DNA from: Phoronis australis
Lineage: Eukaryota > Animalia > Phoronida
Assembly (NCBI GenBank): GCA_002633005.1
Contig: NMRA01000001.1
Location: forward strand, 682,917 to 746,916
Reading direction: 5' to 3'
Length of the DNA: 64,000 nucleotides
Positions 51,659 to 63,765 of this stretch are shown in pieces (position 1 is the first letter of the stretch; every line of letters begins with the position of its first letter). Below the pieces are notes generated by a model, which searched no databases, was not told the DNA's origin, and saw nothing but the letters and a program-made list of their open reading frames with translations. Made by a program: the position numbers and the translations under genes.

Positions 51659-52178
51659 TGTTGTAGACGTGCTTCCAGTGAATCATATGACCCTCTGTTA
51701 GCCTCTAGCTAACGGGCAATTGCCTATTAGCTGAGTGGTTACCAAACTTGTCAGTTTTATCGGTGTCGTTGGTTCAATCCCTGGGTCGGGTAATCTCGGC
51801 TATTAATACAACTGGCATAGACGGCAACGAATAATATACCGAGGCAGCGTTACCAACTTGGGTGTGGGAACCTCGGACAGGGCGCATTGGTTTGTATCAA
51901 GAACACAAGGAGAGTATTGCTGATGGCAAATTGCAGGCCACAAGGTAGTGTTGCTGGGGGCAAATTCCAGTACGCTAGGGTGTTGCTGGGATCTGCAGCC
52001 AGGAGGTTCACCTGTAAGGGGGGAATGTTGCAAACGTCCTTCCAGTGAATCATGTGAGCCTCTTTTAGTCAGTTGCAATTGCCTACTGATTGGTTAAAAT
52101 GGTTGGTTAGCACGCTTGTCGGTTTTATCAGGGTCATTGGTTCAATTCCCAGGTCATGTAAACTCAGCTTTAACTACA
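51659..52178 (+). mobile_element. Miniature non-autonomous LTR element (TRIM-like) with tRNA-like LTRs
   Basis: LTR1 51659-51810 and LTR2 52026-52178 are both TGT..ACA and ~152 bp; PBS-like TGGCATAGACGGCA at 51813; PPT AAGGGGGGAA at 52016-52025. Confidence 0.75.
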
Positions 52179-52919
52179 CAGTTCTTCAAAATGTCCTATA
52201 AAACTTTTTAGAGCATTTATATTTTAGCAAAAAAGGCTATCAAAGATGGGCTTCTGTTATTTTTGTGAAAACCTTGTAGCCTAAGACTAAGTTGCATCAA
52301 ACGAAAACATATTTCATCTTGAACAAATAAAATTTACTCGAGTGCTATGTTATGCAATCATATTGACATTCCTTCACCTTTGGCAGATATTTGTATGATG
52401 ATCTTGTTTTAGCACCGGTACTTATTACATTTACGCACTTTAAAGTATGAAAAAATGTTAATTAGGGTCAGACTAATCCTTAATATAGTTGAAAATAGCC
52501 AGAAATCCATCGTTATTTTGTTTCACTGAAACATTGCATGTTTCTAATACACATGGCATTTAATCAAATCACACATTTAATTGGAATTTAACGGGTTTTT
52601 TTCATGATCCTAACATGTATTTCTTGTTTTTCTTCAGAAATGGCAGGGATTTGAAAAGTCAAACACAATTTTCAGGTACACTTGCAAAATGATGTCAATG
52701 TTATGCAAATTGATGTCAATTATATGCAAAACATGTAAATTTGCATGTGTTCCTTCTCTTACAGCCATGGCTGAAAAAGAAAAGCATTACTAGTGTTTTG
52801 AACTGTGCATTTTAATTGTTGATGGGATATAGAATTTGATTTAGAAACCCCATATTTGTACCAGGTGTCCTAGTGATTGGATTCCTCAACCAAATAATAC
52901 CAAAGTCACCTAACAAAAA

Positions 52920-54360
52920 CTGTGTATTCTCCGTAGCCGTCTGAATTCCACTAAATTCTTCTATTAATAAAAGATATTTGATGCTGCACATTGGGAATCT
53001 TGAAGCTATTTTTGGCCCACAAAAATATTAGAAAAAGTCCTGGATTTGATTTGATAATAAGCAAAAATGTCTTTCGTATTCTCCGTAGCCCCCAATTTTG
53101 AATTGTTAGTACATGATTTGAAAAAACTTGTATCTAGGTGCATGTGCTGAGGAAATAGAAACAAATAAACTCTCCAAGACAAGATCATTTAAACATAATT
53201 TTTGTGGATGGGATTTGAGGCAAGCTTAGCTAAAATTACTTTTTCAGTTTAAACTCGTTTTTAATAAAACTTGAACGTTCTTTGGTCATTCATAAGTGTT
53301 GGTATTAACAAGTATATGAATTACATTGCATTGCTGAAGTGTTCATCCACTTATAAACATGTATCTGCATATTTCGTATTCGCCGTAGCCCCCTCTATGA
53401 CCTCTGTGTTATGTGAGATCTATGCATTCAATGTTTTTTGATGATGAAAAGTGCTTTCCTGTATTTTTTTGAGGGTAGTTGATGGAAATAGGCACCCCAT
53501 TGATGGTGATGTGACTCTGATGATACTTAAGAGCTGGGTATGTCCTAGGATAAAATTTTAATTTCCATTATGTTATATTTTTGTATTTGCACATTAAGTG
53601 TGAAGAAAAATTAAGACGGTATTATCTCCCTTTTTTAAACACAACTGTTTTTTGTAATTCAGAAGTAGTAGTATTGACAAGTAAATGAATTCTATTGCAT
53701 TGCTCCAATATTTTGCTTGCCACAAATAGTTATCTCAGCATTTTGTATTCTTCGTAGCCCCTCACTGACCTCTGTGTTATGTGAGATTTACTTGTGCAAA
53801 CAATGTTTACGGATAATGAAAAGTGTTTTCCTGTACTTCTTTGATGGTACTTTATGGAATTAGGCATTCCTTTTGACAGTGACGTGACTCTGATGATAGT
53901 TAAGTGCTAAGTATGTCTAAGGATTAAGTACAATTGCTATGCTTAATTTGTATACTCACACCTTGTGAAGCATACACAGGTGTGAACCTATTTCTTATAT
54001 TGATGTTCAGTGATCAAGTAGGGGAAGTTCGGGTAAAGTCAGACAAAACTTCCTAGCTCGACTTGCTTACCTACTACTGAAGGTTTATGTGTCAGCTAAT
54101 AACATTAGACGAGTAATGGGATCTACACAAATCATTTGAGAAACCAACCAATGAGATTCTTCGTTACTAGTTCACTTCCAATGCCTTCGAATTTTAAGAA
54201 TAATAACAATGGTCAAAATCGGGAGAAATTCGGACACATGTGATTGTTAATATATTTGACGTTTATTTAGACTTGCCCGAATTTTACCGCCGTCCGAATC
54301 TCCCCGAACTACCCCTATGTGAGCTACCAGAGCGATAAACTTTCTTGTTTCTACGCCAGA
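52920..54360. repeat. Repeat region with five spaced TATTCTCCGTAGCC-like motifs and a diverged block duplicated at ~370 bp offset
   Basis: Motif near 52925, 53077, 53377, 53746 and 54343. Confidence 0.65.
54019..54317. mobile_element. MITE with ~26-bp TIR and TA ends (Tc1/mariner/pogo-type)
   Basis: TAGGGGAAGTTCGGGTAAAGTCAGAC pairs with GTCCGAATCTCCCCGAACTACCCCTA. Confidence 0.7.
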
Positions 54361-54864
54361 TTTAAGTTCTTTTCCAACATGGATGTAACGATACCAATGA
54401 TGCATTCTCCGTAGCCCACATTTCTTCTTTTTGTTATTTCAACAGGCCAACTCTTAAAAACTAAATGAGTATACTTCACAAAAAATTAACCTGATATTCC
54501 ATATGTCATGTTGAATCCAATCAAGTAAGTCTCAAAGCTGAAATTAAAACTTCATAAAATGTCATTTTTGAAAGAAACGTGTGCCCCCTGAGTGAAAAAA
54601 ATGACGAGTATGAATATAATAACGCGTTATTTAGTGGGAGTAAGTGATTCTCAAATTACTGTCAAACAAGGGACCCACCTTTCTGATTATTACACGATGG
54701 GTGATTGAATAATAACGTAACGAATATGCCAAATCGACAGAATGAATGGTCACCGGGCCCTGCCTGAGCCGCTGAGCCGCCTGCATGGGTCAGGTCTGTG
54801 TTGGAAAGTTTTTACAACTCAGTGCAGTCGATGTACATTAAGTAAATTTCAGCAAAAAACTTAC

Positions 54865-55020
54865 AGATTTCTGCTGTAGACAGTCCTGTTACCTCAAATT
54901 TCCATAACCCCAACCTTCGGTTTTGCAATAAAAACAAGCAGTGTTTGATCATTCACCCAATCTTCAATCTTCAAAATATTGTTCAGAGAAAATAACCCAA
55001 TTGCGCATGCTCCATTGTAG
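54865..55020 (-). promoter_or_regulatory. Candidate HERC1 promoter / non-coding first exon
   Basis: NRF1-like TGCGCATGCTC at 55002-55012 lies upstream of minus-strand donors GAG|gtaaca (54893) and TCT|gtaagt (54865); the ATG exon is preceded by acceptor-like ttag sites. Confidence 0.45.
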
Positions 55021-55341
55021 CTGCGACATCTGTTGGTCGGATAGACTTTCTGTGACACCCGCGTTTGAGACGAGCTCTCAGCTACCAGTACGGTCAATTG
55101 AATGCCACAAATTACTGGGGGTAACTCGAAGAGGACGACTTACTCCTTTAATGGGCGAATTTTTAACTGCCGGATGTCCAAGTCATTTTTATGCACGTCT
55201 ATATTCCATTCTTGCAAAAAGCAATCATTAATTCTCTTTTCAACGGCCTGTAAAAATAACTTCTTCGCACCCAAAACCAAAACCATATCTGTTTAACAGT
55301 GCCTCAACAGATGTGCCCCATGTAGAATTTCCCGCCTCGTT

Positions 55342-55620
55342 TCATTTCACAAGCATACTACAGACCAACCTGGGGTCACACGAAGATTGCAATTTAAATA
55401 ACTTTAACCAATATTCGATAATCTTTAAAAACAATTTGACAAAAACCAGAAACTTCGCGAGTTTACTTGAAACGGTTCTACTAGTATAGCTTCTGCCAAC
55501 ACCCAGCAGACTTTTACAAATTCCAATACGAACATTGTCTACACAGCAATACTCTAATCCCCATACTTCAGCGCTATAACTGAGGATTGGAATAACCGTA
55601 TTGTCAAAAACGTCAAAGAC
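55342..55620 (-). mobile_element. Degenerate LINE ORF2 fragment (region C-terminal to the RT)
   Basis: FDNTVIPILSYSAEVWG...ICKSLLGV...IIEYWLKL resembles the non-LTR ORF2 C-terminus. Confidence 0.75.
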
Positions 55621-55999
55621 AACAACACAGAGAAGTGGGAGAGAAAAATTTATTTTGAAATCATATGAAACATTCACTGTTATATGACTGCGTGGCAAGC
55701 AAAAGCACGGGCCGCTATTAGCTGACCACCGAGTAACAACAAATGAAATAGATAATAACTATTAAGAAGAACAATGTAAATAACAATATCAATAACAATA
55801 GAAATAAGTACAATTAGAATGAAATAAGACACAATGCATGTTTATTTAAAAACGTAAATTAATGAATTTTACTAAAAATAAAAGAGAAGACTATTGATAC
55901 AAGGGAAACCGCACGGTTAGAAAATCATTTGACTGAGATGTTAGGCAGGTGATCACTACTTCATATACAACAGGCATAACAATGTAAAACGTTACACTG

Positions 56000-56790
56000 A
56001 GAGTTGTAAGTGCTTAATATGTAATTTTGTAAGTACATGGAAAACCCATGTAAACCATGTGTGTCGATTTTGTCTATTACATATCTCGGAAGGATACACT
56101 TGTTTATTAGATTCGGTATTTAGAACATTAATGAATTTTCACAGCTTTTTCTGTGGTAGGTAGGCAGTTTTAAGATAGGTTTTTGATTGCATATTCTAGG
56201 AAGATCTCTTGGTGGCTGGTGAAATTACAACAGATTGTTATCATAAAAGTATGTTTGAACCTGAAAAAATAGGCAAGCCTGGTTAAATATGTCGTCAAGA
56301 AGAAGTGTTTTGATTTCCCCGCAAATTGGTTCTGTGTGGGAAAAAGGCGAAGAATTGGCCGGTAACATTTCTCATTTTTTTCTGCAGAAGTTTCAATCTC
56401 GTGCAATTATTACAACCCCATAGTGTTAGAGCAAAATATAGATGTGATAGTATACATGTAAGAGCATTGTATATCATCAGAAGTGTGTATTTAGGAAAAT
56501 GGTGTTACAGTATGACACCCACAGTTTTGAAACGCGCCTCCTGTCGGCGTGAATAGGGTCTATAGATGTGGTAGTATAGATGTAAGAGCATTGTATATCA
56601 TCAGAAGTGTGTATTTGGTAAAATGGTGTTACAGTATGACGCCCACAGTTTTGGCAATTTTGTTAGAAATTCTCTGAACATGACAACTGCTGGTGGAAAA
56701 TTATCACAATTGCGCTGAAATTTTGTAATCATTAAAACTGTTTCTGCTTGGGTAGCCAATATCTCGAGAGCCTGTGACAACATAACACAA
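56000..56790 (-). mobile_element. Degenerate CR1/L2-group LINE ORF2 3' fragment with an internal ~75-bp duplication
   Basis: KIAKTVG, IYNAL..SHLYFALTLWG..LKLLQKK, HTEP motifs, frameshifted. Confidence 0.72.
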
Positions 56791-59724
56791 GTTTGGGGGT
56801 GAAACGTACAATGAGATATTTGTAAAGCGAAGACACTGTAGTATTTTCACTATTGAAGTGCAATTTTTCATAATTACGCAATGACCAACTCGTCTGAAAA
56901 CAACATTTTTGCCTTTGGCAAGAAATAACTCATTCCCCAGTCACGTCTGTACTAATAAAGAGTCATTGTTTCAGTGATTATTTTTGGATTCAGATTTAAA
57001 GAAACATTTATTATGCAAAAAATATTTCCAATACAACGAGAGTTTATTCTATTCATATTTATTAGTAAAGTCACTTAGCCCCATATACATGCTGTTTAAA
57101 ACATAATTTCTGTGAGCATTCAATTCCTATTGATGGCACAGTAATCACAAATATGTTTTTGAACATTCAAGTCCGAAACACCTATTTCTACGCACGAAAA
57201 CTCGAGTCAAATAAAAAGTGATAATCAGAAACTAAAATTGATATTTTTGAATGAGCGACCAACAGAACTAAACAGTGTATACTTGACAAACTATTTTAGC
57301 TGTCAGTGACATTAAATCTATAGAGAAGGCTGCCCGGGTCCATAGCCAGGAAATGGTTTTTTGATGTGGTATGTAAATAACAGCACTAAGTAAATCTGAC
57401 CGAATTATTATTATTGATTTTAATTTTAGCATTCTTAATGAGAGGATCTAGAACCTCAAAATTACCTGAGAGAAGTATAGTAAGTTGTTTCGCCGCACCG
57501 TTTGAGCAGCGCCGCTCAAACGGGAGCCTAAACGACTCGATATATTAAATGAAGTTTCCGAGGAAACCCCCACCCTAAAAATCTAGCAAACACAAACAGG
57601 GCTGAAAGTTACGAAATATTATATTTTATTGACATCTTCGACTAACGAATCTCACCCTGTGTTCTAAATGTGTCAATGTAAATTACGGAAGAGTACCTTT
57701 GACTAACTGTTAATGAAACATTGAACATCAGTTTACAGTAGGTAGAATAATGAAGCCAGTTTGGATGAATAGAGAAATTATCAAAATTTTAATGGCAGCA
57801 CCTAATGTATCGAGCATGTTAGAAGACTAAAAGCCAATTCCATATTTAATAACGTTATTTTTTTAACTGTAAATAATCTTTCGAAAGTGAGTCAGCCGAG
57901 GATCGAATTTTCTCTCATTTGTAGTATTTCATCAAAGATTCAGTTTTGTCGTTTCATTTTGGGAGGTTTGGTACTAATAAATTGATTTCGTAAATTTATT
58001 GTAGTTCCTCGTTTGTCCCAAATTAATAATTCACCGCATTTTAGTCGTTTCATAATTTCTTCACAATATATGACTGACATTGTATTTGTTGCATTTTATG
58101 GCAAGTTTGCTTAAGTACCATAGCTAATCAATCTAATGCATTATAAAGATTCACCTCAATTTACGGGCGGGGGTCATTATTTTATCAAAATTTTATTACT
58201 TGCTGCATACTACTGAGTCATACGCATATAACAAGTTGCCACCTACCTCCCCCTCCAACCAACAGACACGGCGAAAAATATGGTTGCCCTATCGCCATAA
58301 CGGCACCAGTGTAAAAATTGCCTTGACCTTCCAGATTCAGAAAAAAAATATTTTTCTTAAGTTAAATTCTGCAGTTTTTTAGATATTTTGCGGAAAGCAT
58401 AGAGTCATTCACAGGGTCCTATAAAGCCTCAAAACAGCTTTATACCCAACTTCTGCAACATTAGGTTACTTAGTGTTATGAAATTGGTCCCAAATTGTTC
58501 ATTAACCAAAATCGGTAAGATTTCTGATCTCCCAAAGCACTGAAATTTAATTGTTGTTCGAGACTAGGCTCTGCAAGATTTGTTACAGGGTGTCATATTA
58601 TTTCCCGAACTGTCAGTTCATTGCAAGACCAAAAGTCATTTCTCATGAGTAAGGACAAGTTGAGACCAAGTTTCTAAGTAACCGAAATCAAAATTTTGTT
58701 TCCTCAACCGAACACGTGTTTCAAGTAACTTTGTGTAAGTATGATACAAAAATGCGAATTTAACTTTGAAAGTTACTTTTGGTTTCTATCGGAAGTTTAG
58801 TGGTTAAATATTCTAATTTAATTTACAACAGTTGACGTAAAAACGTGTCATTGTCAAAAGAAATGTGGTTGGCAATAAGTGATTTGAGCGTATGATCAAG
58901 AAAATCGCACTGAGGTTTAATTTAAAACGTCTATAAACCGGCCGGTCTAGGTCCCAAGCCTTAGTTCTCCAATAACCAGTGATTTACAGCACTCAGCTGT
59001 AAAATTGGTCTCATTAGTCAAACTGGAGGATGACTGGAGTGCTTAGAAAGAAATGATAGTTTGTCATTGCTTGATATAAGCTCTACAAGTTGGTTTGTCA
59101 CGACGTGTCACTTGATGCGCCGAGCAAACTGATCTCAACAAATAACGAACTACTAGTTCTTTGCAATCCCATAAACACCTTTCCTTTTTCATCGCAGACC
59201 AATTTTGTAGCGTTAAGTGGTTGAAATTAAAAGTTCTCTTTGTTGAAATAACGCGAATTATGTGAAGAATCAAAGAACAAATATTTTGCGAGTAGAGTCC
59301 GATTAAAAAAAAGACGTTTTAGCACGCTTTGGTTGTTTTTTTTTACTTGATTGTTCCGTAGCCTATAGATATACAGGCGGTAAACGACGTAACAACAGGC
59401 GGTAAACGATTTACATAATAACAGTATCAGTTCGTGGAGTAACACTACTCGAGTATTATTATAAATGCAAGTTAGTACTTTAGATTTAAAGAAGAAGAAA
59501 TGAAATTCATCAGATACAAGAACACCTCTGATTTAAGTTCATTTATTGCGTGTTGAACTTGCTCCCAGAAGAAGCACTGCATGACGCTCCTGAAAAATCG
59601 ACGGAGACTGAAAGTTTTCAGAACTGTATAGGCAAAAAGTTGTTATAAATAACAATTCTATGGTTGCAACGAGGGAAATCAAATATTTTGGCAGGGTCAC
59701 GGTAAATAATGTCAGCAACAATGA

Positions 59725-59940
59725 GGCTCCTTTTTTGGCGAAGTGGGCAAAGTGGTCCGCCTCAGAGAAACAAAAACTCCGAAAAAAGTAGAAAACGATA
59801 CAAAAGTCCACTAAAAAAGCAGGAACTACCTAAATTCGGCGAATGCACAATTCATAACTGTGAAAGTACCCCGTTTTTTAGTAAAAGGTACACATTCTCA
59901 AAAATTCAAGCCCCCCCCTTTTAGGCTGGGTGCGCGCATG
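59725..59940. mobile_element. 5'-truncated copy of the same MITE family
   Basis: Shared interior and right TIR GGCTGGGTGCGCGCATG. Confidence 0.7.
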
Positions 59941-60165
59941 ATATAGATACCTTGCAGAGTAAGGCTGGTGTCTGTAGGACGTGCAGTTGCGGAATTTGAG
60001 AGATGTGTTCTTATTGAGAGAGCATGGCTAACGTTAAAGACCGGGTCTATGCCCATTTGAGACAACCATCAGTGGATAACACCGACAAGTAAGACTAGTG
60101 CCTGAGGAATATTTATACCTATTTGTTTAATACCTGAATGTTCCCTGAACAATTTAATTTACCTT

Positions 60166-60383
60166 CATGCGCGTACTACCCAGCGGGTGCTTGAAACAGC
60201 CCTCCATTTGGCGAAGTGGGCAAAAAGGTCCGCCTCAGCGAAATTAAAAGTCCGAAAAAGTAAACGAAACAAAGGCAAGAACAACCAAAATTCGTCATAG
60301 CTCTGAAGTACTCCGTTTTTTTAGTAAAAGGCTTACATGCTCAAAAATTCGAGCACCCCATTTTTAGGCTGGATGCGTGCATG
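60166..60383. mobile_element. Same MITE family, 5-bp TSD (ACCTT)
   Basis: CATGCGCGTA...TGCGTGCATG; ACCTT on both sides; shared interior GGCGAAGTGGGCAAAAAGGTCCGCCTC. Confidence 0.8.
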
Positions 60384-62584
60384 ACCTTGTACAGCCTTTA
60401 AGAACGCATTGTGCGTCTTCCCAATCCCTCCCTACTACCTTTCCTGTTTTTGAAGTTTCCACATCTCCACCCAGATGAAATGCATAGATCTTGGAACCAT
60501 AACAAAGGACTGGGACAATTTTCTTGTCGAACAATACCACAACCAGATTTTTGCAGGTACATCTTCAAACTTGTAGAAATGTTAAATGATAAATTTCACT
60601 TTTGATGCTAGATAACTGTTTATCTCAGTTCACTGAGATTGGAAAAAAGTGATGCAACTCAACTGCCGGCAAATTGAAAACATATGCAGGCAGGCTTTAG
60701 ATGCTAGGCCAGCAAGAGATGTTTGTCCCTTTGTCCAATCACATTTAGTAAAAAACGCCAATTCCAAGTACTTGTATTCTAAAGTGCTCTACCCACCATT
60801 CAATTACCACTTTCCATATCCTTTCAGGTAACCACCGATCCTGAACATCATAATTTTAGTGATGACATTGCTTATGACCCTTATTTTTACAACATGGTTA
60901 CCTCTTTACATACGTATTATAGTCCTAGTAAATATTAGCAGGAAGAGATAACCAGGAAGGGACAACTGTTTTAGCGCATTTTAACGGATATTCAAAAGTG
61001 ATTTCAAAAGTAAATGTTAAAGTCGTCTAGAATCCAAGCATTGTGTTCGAAAGCTTAACTCTTTAGCTATAAAATGACACCCCTTTGGTCCCCAAAGACT
61101 GCATATTAATAGCACTAGGATGCTTTGAACATGACTTGTTTTACCCTTAAAAAGATGCCTCTTCTCAGGCATGTACTCGGGCATGATCCTCTTTTTTGAA
61201 CCAACAGATGTCACTTACATATGCAAATGAGGCTCGCATCTCCTACGTCATATGACGTCATACGATGTCATACGACGCGAACTTCCAATTTGAACCCTCC
61301 GGTGCCTATAGCGAATGACTTGAAACGCAGTTCTACCTGATTGGGCAGATCTAAGAAAATTAAGAACTCACACAAGTCAATGTTCAAAGAAAATTGAATG
61401 GTTTCACATGAAAATACATTTAATTGTATTTGGATACGCTTGCATATGTGTAAGCGTGGACTTTGTCATTTTGCTTAAATCCAGATTTAGAAGCAGGTAC
61501 GAAACTGCTCCCGCCACGGGTGGCAGGTGTCGTGGCGTCCGAGTCGCCGGGAAGTCCGATCCATGCATGCGCAATTCGACGAACTAATGCTAGTCGCCGG
61601 TCAGCTCCGCTATGATTCATACGCAGTTCGAAGAACTAATGCTAGTCGCTGGTCAGCTCCGCTATGATTCATTTGAGACGTGCGGCTTAACTCGAACCTA
61701 TACCCGTGTTCTGGCTCCAAGGTCGTTCTGTTTGACCCAGTTTCGGGAAAAGTTTATTTTAATATGGTTATTTCCTGAAGATTTTTTTTGAAAGATATGA
61801 TCCCGAAATCCTTTGCCTATAGAGGTGTATCAAAATTCATTAGTGTTGAAACACAGCGACAGGTCCAGCTGCTGCCGCCGGGCGGCTGGGGAAAATGCGG
61901 AAACGCGTGTCCCAAAAATGCACACGGCACTTCAACTTGTCCTACAGTTCAAGTTCTTTTCCCGTCAATCACTGTGCGCGGATTCTACGCGGGCAGCCAA
62001 CACCTTATTTTTAACGTGGGTGCGTCAGTCACGACGTGTCCAGCCTTTGCAGTATGCACGGTAATGTCAAGCAAACGATTCGGTTTAGAAGAACCTAAAT
62101 TCATTGCACAATACTACTGGGAACTACAAGCATCAAGGAAATGCAAAGACAATCTTTCCAAATTTACGAGCAATGACTTGAATTTCTTTTTCGATCTGAT
62201 CTACGGTTTGCAAATTTTTGAATTTCTTTAGTCTAGTTTTTTTAAAATTCAATGCATTCATGAATATCACTGTTATCGTTTAGAGTCCTTCTTTGCGATA
62301 TGGTGGTCTGATGATGGTTCGAATTTTTGCAAGTCCATCCTTCAGCCTTCAACTAAGTTCAGTGACGCATCGCCATTTCTTACAAGACAGCTGAGTCCTG
62401 TGCTGTGCACGAATGCTTGTGTTTTTGACTGAATTTGAAATCTCAACTTCCCCTCGTGAGTAGTTGGTAGTGTCATGTCGGAGGTGTATAGAGGGCGCAG
62501 CACTGACTGAAAAAATTGGGGGCTAAAGCCCCCTCGGCCCCCCTGCAGTGCACCGCCTATGGGCCACTAAAAAACTTGAACTGA

Positions 62585-63410
62585 ATAAAAGGAGAATGCC
62601 ACCGATTTAATTAGTCTTTTTTGCCTTATTAATTGGTCTATATCCACATCGCCTCGCACACGGTTGACCTTATCTTGCCAAGAGGTGTCTCGTTAACCTG
62701 TGAGGAAGGTGAGAAACGACGCTAGCGACGTCAGTGGTTCATCTGCACTAAATGAGAGTGAATGCCGCTATGTTGCGGTGCATCGTTCCCGCTTGTGCGA
62801 GCTATGCAGCTGCGAGGAAAGCGGGAATATCAATTTTTCGACTTCCTCGAGAGTCCGAAATGTTTAGGAAGTGGATCGCAGTAGTGAAGAATGAAAAGTA
62901 CGCTGTAAATAGCAAGTATGATGCCGTGGACCATCTCCTTGTCTGTCGCCTGCAGTGGTCGACAGCCGCGTGAGTGCCTGACGAATCCCAGCTTGCCAAA
63001 TAACTATCCTTACGTTCCGTTGTCTGAGCTTGTTCACGGCGCCTCTTTAGTATTTCTTCATCACTGTATTCCTGTTCGAACTGATAGCCTGTGAAACCTA
63101 ACGATCCACGTGCGAAGTCTTCGTCGGGACTGATGAGCTCTCGTCTAAGTCGCGGGGGATTGCGAATTGCCATGTTGACGTTTATCACTGAGCGCTCTGT
63201 TTCAAAATGAATTATTCTCACCCTAACCAATACTTATATAAAACTGAAACAATTTGTAATGCCTTTGGACTGTTCCTGAGTGCAAACATGATTTGAGAAG
63301 CCAGCAATGAATAAATCCCTGCGTTACCGGCTTCAAGTGCAATAAAACTAATTGACGGGACACCGAGGCCGTGTGAGCTCATGCTAATTTAGTGTTAGAT
63401 GGCAGAAACT
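62585..63410. mobile_element. Internally deleted THAP-transposase element, Kolobok-like (ends approximate)
   Basis: THAP N-terminus on + (62752-62973) converges on a minus-strand ORF stub with YQFEQEYSDEE; imperfect inverted repeats at 62653-62696 and 63352-63378. Confidence 0.6.
62752..62973 (+). pseudogene. Truncated THAP zinc-finger domain
   Basis: CIVPAC...FRLP...RKW...LVC; the expected HF after the third Cys reads QW. Confidence 0.8.
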
Positions 63411-63517
63411 GTTGTGAAACAACTCGATTTCCATCCCACGGCCAGGTGTTAGCGGAATCTTTACTTATATTTACATTATTCAAATAATGATTGTCAATGT
63501 ACAGCTTCTGCCCTGAC

Positions 63518-63765
63518 CATGCGCGCACCCAGGGGGCCGGGCTCGGGGGCTCGAACGAGCTAGGGCAAAGTGGCGAAGTGGACAAAAAGGTCTGCCTCTG
63601 GGAAACAAAAAGTCCGAGAAAATGAGACTAAAGTCCTCTAAATAAGTACAGTCGGGCAGTTCACAGTGGTGCCCCGTTTTTTTAGCTCACCCGCTTTTTT
63701 GTTACCAAAAGGTCCACAACGTCAGAAATTCGAGCCCCCCATATTGAAGGCTGAGTGTGAGCATG
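63518..63765. mobile_element. MITE with CATGCGCGCACCCAG-type TIR and 5-bp TSD (CTGAC)
   Basis: TIR pair and flanking CTGAC direct repeat are visible. Confidence 0.8.

Noticed and set aside
51722-51792. Functional tRNA gene
   Set aside because: Anticodon arm does not form convincingly; better explained as part of the LTR repeat
61788-62231. 147-aa ORF with several Cys
   Set aside because: TTG start, no recognisable motif, no supporting splice signals
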